IMG/VR virus record: IMGVR_UViG_3300034073_003340
Span: 124,001 to 188,000 of that record
Length of the DNA stretch: 64,000 nucleotides
Direction: 5' to 3' (one strand)
This document shows positions 9,766-19,333 of this stretch, in pieces; within the stretch, counting starts at the first letter, position 1; each line of letters starts with the position of its first letter. The notes beneath the pieces were generated by a model. That model did not search any database, had not been told where the DNA came from, and was given only the letters and a program-made list of their open reading frames with translations. The translations under genes and the position numbers were made by a program.

Positions 9766-11750
9766 TATCCCCACATCTCCTTTGCCTGCGTGATCGAAAT
9801 CACATTGTCCTCACCGATGAGCTGTCGGGCCTTGACCAGCTTGCTCGAATTACCCGAAGGATCCTTGGCCACGAGGTAAGTCGTATCCTTGTTGACCGAG
9901 GAACCGATCCGTCCCGAACGAGCTTCAATCTTGGCTTCCAGGTCCTTGTCACGAATGCCCGTGAACACAACCGTGATGCCGTCGAGATCACCGCCGGTTA
10001 CCTTTTCCTTGGGAGCAACCAGCGTATAATAGCCGTCAATCTCCTTGAGGAAGTCCAGGAACTTGGGCAGATTGTCCACAATAGTCTGGGCGGTCTTGGC
10101 CTCAAAGCCTTCAAGCTTTGCGATTTCCTGAACCGTCACTGTGCCGTTGAGAATGGGATCATTGCCCAGTGCCTCAATGACCTTTGTCATCTTGCGCCGA
10201 CCAATGCCGCGACCCAGCAGTGAGGTGGCACCTGCGAGGATGCCAAGCTCTACATTGCCCAGCTTGAGCTTGAGACCGTTGTAGATCTTGGTGCCTGCGC
10301 TATCACCGGCTGCTGTCTTCAGCGTAGCTTCGTCGGCTTTGATGATCTGAGCGCAGGTTGTCAGCCCTGCATCGTAGAGCTTTTCGATGCTACCCTCGCG
10401 CAAGTGCGGAACATCCAGGCCAGTAACCCCGAAAGTGCCATTGATAATCTCAAGCTGGACTGCCCGATTGTTGGTAGTGTCGGTCATCATCAGATCGACC
10501 TGGCCATCTGTCCATTCCAGTGGTCCGAATTCATTTTCGCTGGGTTCGGCCCACTTTACTGCGGGTTCGACCACCTTCTGGATAAACGGAATAACATCAC
10601 CCGAGCGAGTGATTTGGATCTTAGCGCCAGGCGCGATCTTGTTATCCCGAATGAACTTGGCATTGAAGCCAGTAGCATAGGTGATCGTAACGCCGACCAA
10701 TTCCACCGGGTCAATTTCCACGCGCGGCTTCAAATAACCGGCCTTGCTGGGGTTCCAGTGGACTGCCTTGACCGTTGCGATTGCGACGTTGTCCTCGCTG
10801 CCGACCTTGAACTTCTTGCTGCTGATGGGGTTGATGCTGCTGGACTTGCGAGTCAGCGTTTCAACAATCGCGAGGTTGTCGAGATCGATCACGATACCGT
10901 CAATTGCTGTCGGACTCTTCGACCGTCGCTCATTGAGGTAGGCGATCAGGAACTCATCAGTGAGTTCGCGACCCTTTTTCGTGATATACGGCGTGACCTC
11001 ATACCCGGCTTCTTCGAGAACTCGGAACTGATCCGACTTACTCATCAGAGGCTTCACGACACTAGTAGCGATCAATTTGACATTGTCGTAAAAGCTGTCA
11101 GGCGATTCACTGGCGTTCATTCGACCCGCGACATAGTTGCGCGGATTCTTGTAAGTGCGACCACCTTCAGCTTCTGCCTTGGCCTTCATGTTTGCGAAGA
11201 CGTCATCTGCCATGATGACTTCCAGGCGGATGTCGTGATTTTCGATATTCATCACATCCAGGCTACGGGGAAGGCTCTTGATGCGCTTCATATGACGTGT
11301 AATGTCCGCGCCCTGAAAACCGTTGCCGCGGGAATAGGCAATACGAAGTTCTCCGGCCTTACCATGGCAGTTAAGTGCGGAAGTGCCGTCCTGTTTGTCC
11401 GAGATCACAAAGGTCTCGTCCAGCCAGCCGTTGGCTTCAATCCACTTGAGGGTTTCGCCTTCGTATACCTGATCCAGAGATCCCATGGGATGGGGCAGAT
11501 CGATCTTGCCGCCGCGCACATCACTACCAACAGAGACCAGGAAGAGGTTCTTGGGATCGAGAGCTCGGAGCATCTTCTCGAGCTCATCATACTGAGCGTC
11601 GGTGAGGAAGCTCTCTTCTTCCACTCCATTGTGGAAAAGGTCCGATGCTTCAGACAGGATGTGGACGAGCATTTCGGGGGTCGGTTCGACCTCGCCGTTG
11701 AGAATCTGCTGGGATGCTTCGACCGCATCGAAGAACTGAATTGTGGTCAT
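9765..11750 (-). CDS. ligA: NAD-dependent DNA ligase
   Basis: Domain Ia (TDAQYD), HPMGSL, KQDG adenylation motif, SRGNG, NPRN, IDGIV, RSGDVIP, HhH region, C-terminal BRCT (VVFTG..GSSV..YLV..SSKL). Confidence 0.95.
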   Translation of the reverse strand: MTTIQFFDAVEASQQILNGEVEPTPEMLVHILSEASDLFHNGVEEESFLTDAQYDELEKMLRALDPKNLFLVSVGSDVRGGKIDLPHPMGSLDQVYEGETLKWIEANGWLDETFVISDKQDGTSALNCHGKAGELRIAYSRGNGFQGADITRHMKRIKSLPRSLDVMNIENHDIRLEVIMADDVFANMKAKAEAEGGRTYKNPRNYVAGRMNASESPDSFYDNVKLIATSVVKPLMSKSDQFRVLEEAGYEVTPYITKKGRELTDEFLIAYLNERRSKSPTAIDGIVIDLDNLAIVETLTRKSSSINPISSKKFKVGSEDNVAIATVKAVHWNPSKAGYLKPRVEIDPVELVGVTITYATGFNAKFIRDNKIAPGAKIQITRSGDVIPFIQKVVEPAVKWAEPSENEFGPLEWTDGQVDLMMTDTTNNRAVQLEIINGTFGVTGLDVPHLREGSIEKLYDAGLTTCAQIIKADEATLKTAAGDSAGTKIYNGLKLKLGNVELGILAGATSLLGRGIGRRKMTKVIEALGNDPILNGTVTVQEIAKLEGFEAKTAQTIVDNLPKFLDFLKEIDGYYTLVAPKEKVTGGDLDGITVVFTGIRDKDLEAKIEARSGRIGSSVNKDTTYLVAKDPSGNSSKLVKARQLIGEDNVISITQAKEMWG

Positions 11751-11794
11751 CTGGGCTCCTTGTGTTTCGATCTATATTCGATCTTTAACACAGG

Positions 11795-12196
11795 CTACTC
11801 AGTTGTCAAGCGGATAAGCTCTTCCTGGATTGTTTTCATTGGTAAGTGTTTGGACAAACTCTTCAACAAAATTCTACGATACCATAAGTTCCATTCCTTG
11901 GCATCAGCACTCAAGGCAGCATTTTCTATGGCATCTTGGGCAGATATACCAACCAAATCTCCATGATGTAATTTCAAAGCCAAATCATAAAATTCAGCAA
12001 AAGTTAGAGTTCCAGGTTCTTCGTCATCATCAGGAAGAGCTGGAACCTTAGTGACTTTGAAATCATAATCAGGCGAGGTTCCTAGACTCAAGCCAATCCA
12101 AAACTCTTCAGAATCTTGATCCCACGCTTGTTCCAAAGTGATTCGATGATTGTTTTCAGGGTCAAGAAGTGATTGAACAATTTCGATAGTCTTCAT
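11795..12196 (-). CDS. Orphan N-terminal DNA-binding domain of T4-type ATP-dependent DNA ligase
   Basis: F..GL.L...P...F.V.KVP...EF.DL..KL....L.G..A.DAI...WN.WYRRIL.K pattern; no KxDG. Confidence 0.6.
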   Translation of the reverse strand: MKTIEIVQSLLDPENNHRITLEQAWDQDSEEFWIGLSLGTSPDYDFKVTKVPALPDDDEEPGTLTFAEFYDLALKLHHGDLVGISAQDAIENAALSADAKEWNLWYRRILLKSLSKHLPMKTIQEELIRLTTE

Positions 12197-12203
12197 TGTT
12201 CAA

Positions 12204-12809
12204 TCACTTCTTGGCAAGCCATTTGTTTAGCTCGTCGCGAGAAACTACAACATACCCTTGTTCGACGAGCATATTCATGAATAGATGTGGTAATTCGTAA
12301 TCAACTTTACGGTATTGCTCTGGTAATTGTTCCCAGGGGCGCATAAGTGGGTGTTGTTTACTTTTCTCATTTACCAATAGACCAAATGACCAACCGGATT
12401 TTGCTCTAGCATCATACCAGCGTTGGTGTTGGTGCTTTGCCAGCGTTTCACAAAGATTGTTGTAATCATCTTCTTCCATTACAACGGCGTCTGCTGGACC
12501 TTGACGCGCGGCTTTCACTTCTTCAGAACTCGTTTCAATCTCGCCCTTGGGATATGCTTCTTCAATAACTTCCGTTTCTTTTTGGGTTAAATCACGGGTT
12601 AAAGGAATTTCATAATAATGGGTGCCACTTCGGGTTTCCTTGTGGACCATAAAAACCACATCTGGATTACCTTGGGGATTGGTAGTCTGCACACTGGAGA
12701 GAACTCCATCTGGCAAGTTATTCTTAACACAATGATACCACGCGAGAGCCTCTTCTTTTACAAGAGGCTCACTGGTTTTTAATCTAATGAAGAGGGGAAT
12801 CTCTGTCAT
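12204..12809 (-). CDS. RyR-domain protein
   Basis: LAKHQHQRW....GWSFG......QHPLMRPWEQLPE. Confidence 0.8.
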   Translation of the reverse strand: MTEIPLFIRLKTSEPLVKEEALAWYHCVKNNLPDGVLSSVQTTNPQGNPDVVFMVHKETRSGTHYYEIPLTRDLTQKETEVIEEAYPKGEIETSSEEVKAARQGPADAVVMEEDDYNNLCETLAKHQHQRWYDARAKSGWSFGLLVNEKSKQHPLMRPWEQLPEQYRKVDYELPHLFMNMLVEQGYVVVSRDELNKWLAKK

Positions 12810-12810
12810 A

Positions 12811-13344
12811 TTAATACTTATCTGGTTCCACGTCAGGATTATCTAGATTTGTTGTATCATCACTTACAGGTTCAGCATTACCAGTATTTAAATTGACCTG
12901 GGTTACTGGCATTTGATTCACTGAAGGCTGAGCAACTTGTGATGGCATCACATAAGTAGGAACCATTACTGGTGTATTGGGTGAACGATCGCTTTCTCCA
13001 GTCTGGCGAATCTGCTCAATCTGCGCATTGCCTCTAGTCCAAGCAGCAACGCCTAATATCGCACCAAAAGCCACATGAAATAAGCCGCTACCACTCATTG
13101 TCAATGGTACCCAAGGTGTTCTATTCTGAACCAAGGCAATAGCAACTGAAGGATCGAGATCCTTCAAGCTTGCTGCCATTTGAGTTATGTTGGATGTCTT
13201 AAATCCCATAAATGCCGGGGCAATGATGAAATCAAAAAGACAGATGGCAAGATAAACCACGGCTGCGGCCGGGCGCCAGGTCCTGTTAAGCCAGGACTCA
13301 GTCTGGTCTAAATTGCCTAGACTGGTGACATTTTGATTCGTCAT
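12811..13344 (-). CDS. Holin-like membrane protein (3TM/GTA-holin type)
   Basis: WRP..AVVYLAICLFDF..P and GLFHVAFGAILGVAAW TM segments; late promoter. Confidence 0.6.
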   Translation of the reverse strand: MTNQNVTSLGNLDQTESWLNRTWRPAAAVVYLAICLFDFIIAPAFMGFKTSNITQMAASLKDLDPSVAIALVQNRTPWVPLTMSGSGLFHVAFGAILGVAAWTRGNAQIEQIRQTGESDRSPNTPVMVPTYVMPSQVAQPSVNQMPVTQVNLNTGNAEPVSDDTTNLDNPDVEPDKY

Positions 13345-13363
13345 TGTCGATCTCCCTGATAAG

Positions 13364-13401
13364 AATAGGGCGTGAAAAGCTATTGCCTCTCACGCCCTAT
13401 T
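13364..13401 (-). terminator. Terminator of first fibre operon, overlapping a late promoter
   Basis: AATAGGGCGTGA/TCACGCCCTATT stem; GGTAAATA at 13398-13405. Confidence 0.65.
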
Positions 13402-13420
13402 TACCAAGATTTATACCGAC

Positions 13421-14197
13421 TTATCGAGCAAAGGCATAACGCGCTGAGACGATATCTCCGGTATCTAGATCGTATGGAAGGGCATCAATATCAAGAACCA
13501 GATTACGGCCATCGACCGAATACTGGTTTGTTTGAATGCGCTGTCCATTGACTTCTACTGTAATTGTTCCAGTTTGTGGAGCAAATTCAAAGAAGTTCAA
13601 GAACGAATAGGTTCCAGAGGAAATAGAGTTTCCGGTGTATTCAACAGCGGTATCGCGTAGATTGACTCCGGCGCCTCCTAGACCTGTGGCACCAATATAA
13701 CGATGTCCAACAAGCCATAGGCTGGTAATACCAGCAGGAACGTTGTTAACAAAGCGTAGAACGCCAGCGGTATAGTCAAATACCCATTCTTGGTTGTTGA
13801 CACCACCATTCAGCTTGTTGGCAGGAACAGTAGGATCATTGCGATAGACATCAACTAGGTATCCAGCATCAACCGACGGAGCAATCCAGTTACCTAGCTT
13901 TGTGCCAAGATCATTGAACGTCTCAGTAGCAATCCAAGCAGCGTTTCCAGCAACAGTGATGTCAGCTGTCATTCGAATGGCTTGTGATGGACCATAATAG
14001 CGAACAATAGTATCGGTAGCAAAAGGCGCTGGAACTGGAATAGTTTCCGCAAAAATTGAGTTACTATATACTGGTGCAGGTGAACCAATGGTTTCTTCGA
14101 AACCCTGTTTGCCAGCGCCGCCAGTATTGGTAACGCCAAAAATGGTCTTTTTCCAGAGGAAGTCGACCTTCTGTGTATCAGAAATAGGCATAGTCAA
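13421..14197 (-). CDS. Virion structural protein
   Basis: WVFDY..GVL.F motif; C-terminal VEVNG..D.V.ARY domain shared with neighbours. Confidence 0.6.
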   Translation of the reverse strand: MTMPISDTQKVDFLWKKTIFGVTNTGGAGKQGFEETIGSPAPVYSNSIFAETIPVPAPFATDTIVRYYGPSQAIRMTADITVAGNAAWIATETFNDLGTKLGNWIAPSVDAGYLVDVYRNDPTVPANKLNGGVNNQEWVFDYTAGVLRFVNNVPAGITSLWLVGHRYIGATGLGGAGVNLRDTAVEYTGNSISSGTYSFLNFFEFAPQTGTITVEVNGQRIQTNQYSVDGRNLVLDIDALPYDLDTGDIVSARYAFAR

Positions 14198-14204
14198 TTC
14201 CTCC

Positions 14205-15917
14205 TTATGAGATGCTGATTGCCGAGATCGACTGACCTGCGTTCAGCTTAACACGGACGTAGACGAAGTTTCCGGTAGCACTTGATGACGAAGTAGTACC
14301 AAAAGTAATGACAGTGGATCCGGTAGTTCCCGAAGCAACCGAACCATTAGCACAACCAGCCGCAGTATCACCTGCTTTACCTGGGGCGCCCGAGCCACTG
14401 TAGAGCGCGCCTGCGTTCCACCACACGCCGTTGATCGCCGCAGGACTTACTGCTGGATTATCAGAGACGTTTGGCAAAGCAACCCACATACCGGCATAGG
14501 TGCCAGTGATGTTAACTGTGATCGAGCTCAATGCTGCCAGTGAGAACCTATAGGTAACATACTGGGTTGAGGGCTTCGATGAATAGTCTGGGTTTCCTGC
14601 TGGTAGATAGCCAGTGCTGTAGTTGGTCTGGTCGCAAGAAACAACACCACCTACAGTAGCGGCTTCATAGTTTGAACCACCAGCCAGCGAAGCAGTATTC
14701 GACCAAGCAGTGTTGACCAAGGAGTTTGGCGTGTCCACGTTGTTGGTTGTTAGAACCACGCGAGTCGCCGTAGTGGTTCTTGCTGTGATCGCGGTATCAG
14801 AAACACCCGTGTTACCGGTCCAAACTAGTAGATTACCAGCACTCTGAGCATTACCAGAACCGTTAGGGTTCGTGGCAGTCAACGTTACCTTACCAGTCTT
14901 CGTAGCATGAGTTCCACCAACAGTGAAAGTCTGACTAGTTAGATCAAATGATAGCGTATTTGTGCTCAGAACCGAAGGAAGACCACCAGCGCCAGCAGCA
15001 AAGTTCACCGTAGACCCAAATGGAGCCGATAGCGACAGAATTGTTCCGTTGGTATATGTCTGACCTGCTAGGTTAGTAGCGTTTCCGCTGATCAATAGTG
15101 TAGATGCTGCGTCATAATGCTCAATACCAGAAACAAAACGACCCACCTTGGATCCCTGAACTGCCGTTACGACTGAAACCGCAGGGCTTGCCGTGAGATC
15201 GTCGCGGACAAATGCTAGAACGTTAGTGTTACCACCAGCAGTATGGCGGAATTGTAGCTGGTTTAATCCAACCACGGCCGGAGCAGAGACTACCTGAGAA
15301 TCGAAGGTTTGGAAGAAACCATCAGGAGCAGGACCGCCACCGGTAGCAAAACCGCCCCACTTGTTATCAGTGATACGTAGAAGACCAGTCGTCTTGCTAT
15401 CACCGATATTCTCAGTAAAGCTGAATGTTTCACCTGCCACGCCCTGAGCAAATAACGAAATAGTTCCTTCGTTACCAGGTCCCAGATCCTGTAGGATAGT
15501 AGTGGACGCCGTTGCTAATGTGATACGAGAAACAAGTGATCCAGCAGCAGGAGCATTGGAGAGCGAATTGGTGTTGTAACCTTGGGCTGCTCTTGCTGAA
15601 GTGTTTGCGGTTGAAAGAGCAAGAGTTCCAGTGCTCAGGTTAGCAGGAGCAGTAGGAAGAAGAAGACCGAGAATTTCGTTAATAGAATCGATCGCGGTCG
15701 AAACTTTAGTGGTTGGTTCTAGGAAAGCTGCGGGCGGGCGGCCGCCGTCATAACGGGAAGCAACATAGCTTCCGTCTTCAGCAATACCTAGGAGTGTTTC
15801 TGATCCCGAGGCAATTTCTGGAACGACCCAGGAATTCTCACCAGAACCGTTCGTTGTTAGAACAGCACCTGCTGGTTGACCCTCGGAGTGAATCTGTTTG
15901 ATCTTAATCTTTGACAT
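14205..15917 (-). CDS. Virion fibre/structural protein
   Basis: Thr/Ser/Gly-rich beta protein; N-terminal IKIKQI. Confidence 0.6.
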   Translation of the reverse strand: MSKIKIKQIHSEGQPAGAVLTTNGSGENSWVVPEIASGSETLLGIAEDGSYVASRYDGGRPPAAFLEPTTKVSTAIDSINEILGLLLPTAPANLSTGTLALSTANTSARAAQGYNTNSLSNAPAAGSLVSRITLATASTTILQDLGPGNEGTISLFAQGVAGETFSFTENIGDSKTTGLLRITDNKWGGFATGGGPAPDGFFQTFDSQVVSAPAVVGLNQLQFRHTAGGNTNVLAFVRDDLTASPAVSVVTAVQGSKVGRFVSGIEHYDAASTLLISGNATNLAGQTYTNGTILSLSAPFGSTVNFAAGAGGLPSVLSTNTLSFDLTSQTFTVGGTHATKTGKVTLTATNPNGSGNAQSAGNLLVWTGNTGVSDTAITARTTTATRVVLTTNNVDTPNSLVNTAWSNTASLAGGSNYEAATVGGVVSCDQTNYSTGYLPAGNPDYSSKPSTQYVTYRFSLAALSSITVNITGTYAGMWVALPNVSDNPAVSPAAINGVWWNAGALYSGSGAPGKAGDTAAGCANGSVASGTTGSTVITFGTTSSSSATGNFVYVRVKLNAGQSISAISIS

Positions 15918-15937
15918 CAACTACTCCTTATGGATTA

Positions 15938-15967
15938 AGAGGAGGAGATCCTAGGATCTCCTCCTCT
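15938..15967. repeat. Perfect 30-bp palindrome between fibre genes
   Basis: AGAGGAGGAGATCCT|AGGATCTCCTCCTCT. Confidence 0.85.
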
Positions 15968-15977
15968 CATTAGTAAA

Positions 15978-18218
15978 TTAAGCAGCGCGGCTGTAGCTGA
16001 CCGATAGAGTATCACCAGTTTCGATACCGTAACCGTTGGCCGAGTCGACCAGAGTAACAGTGGAACCGGAGATGCTGAAACCAGCCTTCTTCAGCTTAAC
16101 ACCGTTGATGAACACCTGAATGTCACCAACTGGAGCATTTGCTAGCGTAACTTCTGCGTTAGCTGCGGTAACAGGAGCAAAGTCCTCTTCAACGCGGACA
16201 GTCGCACCAAGCTGAGCAGCAGTAACATACTCAATAGTCTTGGTGGTGTTGTTCCAGCGCAGGAAGCGTCCATCTTGACCAGCGCCTGGGAGACCAGACT
16301 CAGCCAGAGTGGAGAACTTGACCTTCGAAGGGTCTAGGCCAATGGTAACATCAGCAATAACAGCACCAGTGCCGCCAGTGATAACGATGGCATCAGCAGC
16401 ATCGCCAGAGTCAGCGCCTACGATGTCAGCCAGTTCAGCAACACCAGTACCACCATTGGCAACAGGAACAATGCCATCCAGTGCCACAGTGAAACCGGTA
16501 TCAGTGCTACCAGTTACCGCAATGTTAGCACCAGCAAGAACGTTGCTGTTGGTGTTGTCGATAACGTCAAAACCACCGAGGGTGTTGAATACGATACCGT
16601 CATTCTGCTTTACAAATACTGGAGTTCCAGCTTCGCCCATCTTGAAGTAGCCGTCGCCGCCTACCTTGTAATAGTCACCAGCGTCCTTCTGACCAGCAGC
16701 TAGACCCTCAAGGTCAGTTGCGCTAGCAGCATCTGCACCAGCAGCAAACGCAGTGAATGCGCCCGAACCTAGAACACCAACATAATTGAAAGCAGCACCA
16801 AGCGCATCAATACGCTCATTGGCAGCAACAATATCATCAGCGTTGGTCTTTACCTGGGTATCCAGCTTGTTGACCGCAGCAACTACCGTGTCACCGGCCG
16901 CAACATAGTTGGTCGAGGTGAACGCAGGCTTTGAACCATCGGCACCGAAACCAAGACCAGTTTCAATGAGATCAACTTCAGTCTGAAGAGCAGTTAGATC
17001 AGCACCCTGTGCCGTTTCAAGAGCTGCCAAGTCATCAGCAACTACCTTCAGGGCAGCATCCAGTAGGAGGTCCGCACCCTTGAGGGTGGTAGCAGTATTG
17101 AGATAGTTGGAAGTGGTTGGGGCTTCATAAGCACCAGTAGATGCCAGACCAGCACCTGCCTGCGTTGCGTCTAGTTCTGCCTGGATAAAGGTATCAGCAG
17201 CACCGCGAGCAATTTCTTCAGCCTTCAGAGCCGCGTCCAGCTTGCCAATAGCAGCGTGGTGGGTGTCTGGAGTAACAGCAGGAACAGCATCACCAACACC
17301 TTCAGAAGTTTCAGGAACTTCTGCCGCACCCTGGATGATATAGTTACCGTTTGCGTAGAATACTGGAGCACCGGAAGTAGCAGTACCAACAGTTGCCTGG
17401 GTTAGGTCCAGTTCAGCCTGTAGAGCAGAGTCAGCTGCGATGCGGGCCGCAACTTCATCAGCAAGGTCACCTTCCAGAGCAGTTACATCAGCCTGTAGGG
17501 TGTCAATTTCGCCTTCAGCAGTATCAAGTCTAGCATCTAGAGCATCATCAGCCGCAGCGCGGGCAGTTTCTTCAGCAGCAAGAGCAGCATCAACAGCTAG
17601 GATAGCACCCTTTACCGTGGTAGCCGCAGCAACCGCAGTGTGGGTAGAACCAGCATAACCAGTGTTATCAAAAGTACCGTCAGCGTTTAGACCAACTGCT
17701 GTCTGAATAGCATCAACTTCAGTCTGTAGCGAAGCCAGGGAAGTACCAGTGCCACCGCCAGCAAGTTCTGCCAGATCGTCAGCTAGTTCCTTGATCTTAC
17801 CGTCTAGGATGAAGTCTGCGTTCTTAAGCGAAGTAGCAGCATCTAGATATTCAGTTGTAGTATCTGCTACATACGAGCCATCAGCAGCAAGACCAGCGCC
17901 GGTCTGGGTTGCGTCTAGTTCATCCTGAAGATCCGAGATGGTTGCTTCAAGAGCGTCTGTAGCACCGGTGAGGGCGTCAGCCGCATCGGAAGCAACTTCA
18001 GCAATAGCGGCCTGAACTGTGGTTGCTTCAATGTCACCGAGAGGGCTAAAAGCAATGTCAGCAGCGGTGTTGTTAGCATATGCTAGACCGCCAGCAACGA
18101 TCTTAAGAATCTGCCCATCAGTGCCTTTGGTTAGAATGGTACCATTACCATCCTGACCGCCGACTAACAGATCACCAGCCGCTGCCAACTTGATCTGCTT
18201 TGCGCGTAATTGTGCCAT
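15978..18218 (-). CDS. Coiled-coil fibre protein with internal repeats
   Basis: About 5 repeats of ELDATQ.GAGL..DG.Y....Y...T.K.A...LD; Ala-rich; C-terminal VFING domain. Confidence 0.7.
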   Translation of the reverse strand: MAQLRAKQIKLAAAGDLLVGGQDGNGTILTKGTDGQILKIVAGGLAYANNTAADIAFSPLGDIEATTVQAAIAEVASDAADALTGATDALEATISDLQDELDATQTGAGLAADGSYVADTTTEYLDAATSLKNADFILDGKIKELADDLAELAGGGTGTSLASLQTEVDAIQTAVGLNADGTFDNTGYAGSTHTAVAAATTVKGAILAVDAALAAEETARAAADDALDARLDTAEGEIDTLQADVTALEGDLADEVAARIAADSALQAELDLTQATVGTATSGAPVFYANGNYIIQGAAEVPETSEGVGDAVPAVTPDTHHAAIGKLDAALKAEEIARGAADTFIQAELDATQAGAGLASTGAYEAPTTSNYLNTATTLKGADLLLDAALKVVADDLAALETAQGADLTALQTEVDLIETGLGFGADGSKPAFTSTNYVAAGDTVVAAVNKLDTQVKTNADDIVAANERIDALGAAFNYVGVLGSGAFTAFAAGADAASATDLEGLAAGQKDAGDYYKVGGDGYFKMGEAGTPVFVKQNDGIVFNTLGGFDVIDNTNSNVLAGANIAVTGSTDTGFTVALDGIVPVANGGTGVAELADIVGADSGDAADAIVITGGTGAVIADVTIGLDPSKVKFSTLAESGLPGAGQDGRFLRWNNTTKTIEYVTAAQLGATVRVEEDFAPVTAANAEVTLANAPVGDIQVFINGVKLKKAGFSISGSTVTLVDSANGYGIETGDTLSVSYSRAA

Positions 18219-18242
18219 ATATTATTCTCCTAGTTGATCAAC

Positions 18243-19322
18243 TTAGGTTTTGTAGATAAAGAATACTTCATCATCTACATCAACCCCATAACCGGTTTCT
18301 ATAGGGTCGAATACTAGAACTTTCGTAACCTGGTCGAAAGTAAAGTTTTCGTTTTCAATACCGTTGATTGCCATGTAGAGAACTTCGACAGTTTCTAACG
18401 GTAATGTGAATGTAGTTTGTCCGGAGACCACATTCTCGACGTCGTATTTATGCGTCTCGGAGTCTGTAGACTGTGAAGATTCTACACCTCTTGATAAAAG
18501 AATTGCTCTATTTGGCTCTAGCTGTAGATATACAGGGAACGCATTCACTGCTGGCTTAACATTGGTTAAACCCCCAGGTTCACTGGGATCTAGATAAAAG
18601 ATATCTCCGTGCTCTCCCCACAAAGTAGGACGAACGTTGGTGATTAGCTTTCCAAGAGGACGATAGCAGAAGTAATCCAAACCAGGAACATTGATTTCAG
18701 TTACGATACCAATTGCCCTGCTGATATTTGAAGAATCTGTTTTCTTGTATCCAGAGTTTGCTTCAAAGTCAGCATAGATAACATCGCCAGGAAACATCCC
18801 GTGATCTTCCTGTTTGACTAAAACAAACTCAGTTATCATATTGCGCGCAATAAATCGCGCCATCAAATCGTCAACTGTTTGGGAAGATAGATAGAGTTCG
18901 TCAATAGGTCCTAGGATTGGCAGACCACTTTCAGAGATCCTAAAGATGATCCCGTTGGAGAATGGATCACACAACCCATTGCCAGTTTGTGATTGATCAG
19001 TGAAGAGATTATATCTCTCGTAGTCCTCAATTATACAGTTAACTGAAAATGCGTCTTGAGATATAATTTCGGTTATCAGGTTCGCTCTTCCGCCCAAACC
19101 TGAAGCAAACCAGTCTCCAACCCTTACATCATTACCAGTATAGAACATAGACTCCATAGTGGTGTGATTACTATGAGGCTGAGCCTGTATATCAATTCTT
19201 ACCGTCCAGCGATATGGACTACCAATGAACATATCACCGGTGTTGTCGTCCTCAGTCCAATACTCGGTCTCAGCGAATTCAACGATCGTTGCTTTGAGCT
19301 GTAGGTTAGGGGTTATTGGCAT
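18243..19322 (-). CDS. Virion structural protein
   Basis: C-terminal GQTTFTL..MAING..VFFIY domain; late operon. Confidence 0.6.
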   Translation of the reverse strand: MPITPNLQLKATIVEFAETEYWTEDDNTGDMFIGSPYRWTVRIDIQAQPHSNHTTMESMFYTGNDVRVGDWFASGLGGRANLITEIISQDAFSVNCIIEDYERYNLFTDQSQTGNGLCDPFSNGIIFRISESGLPILGPIDELYLSSQTVDDLMARFIARNMITEFVLVKQEDHGMFPGDVIYADFEANSGYKKTDSSNISRAIGIVTEINVPGLDYFCYRPLGKLITNVRPTLWGEHGDIFYLDPSEPGGLTNVKPAVNAFPVYLQLEPNRAILLSRGVESSQSTDSETHKYDVENVVSGQTTFTLPLETVEVLYMAINGIENENFTFDQVTKVLVFDPIETGYGVDVDDEVFFIYKT

Positions 19323-19333
19323 TTATATACTCC

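Noticed and set aside
10404-11966. 520-aa ORF on + strand
   Set aside because: Antisense shadow of ligA caused by its codon bias; no motifs or RBS.
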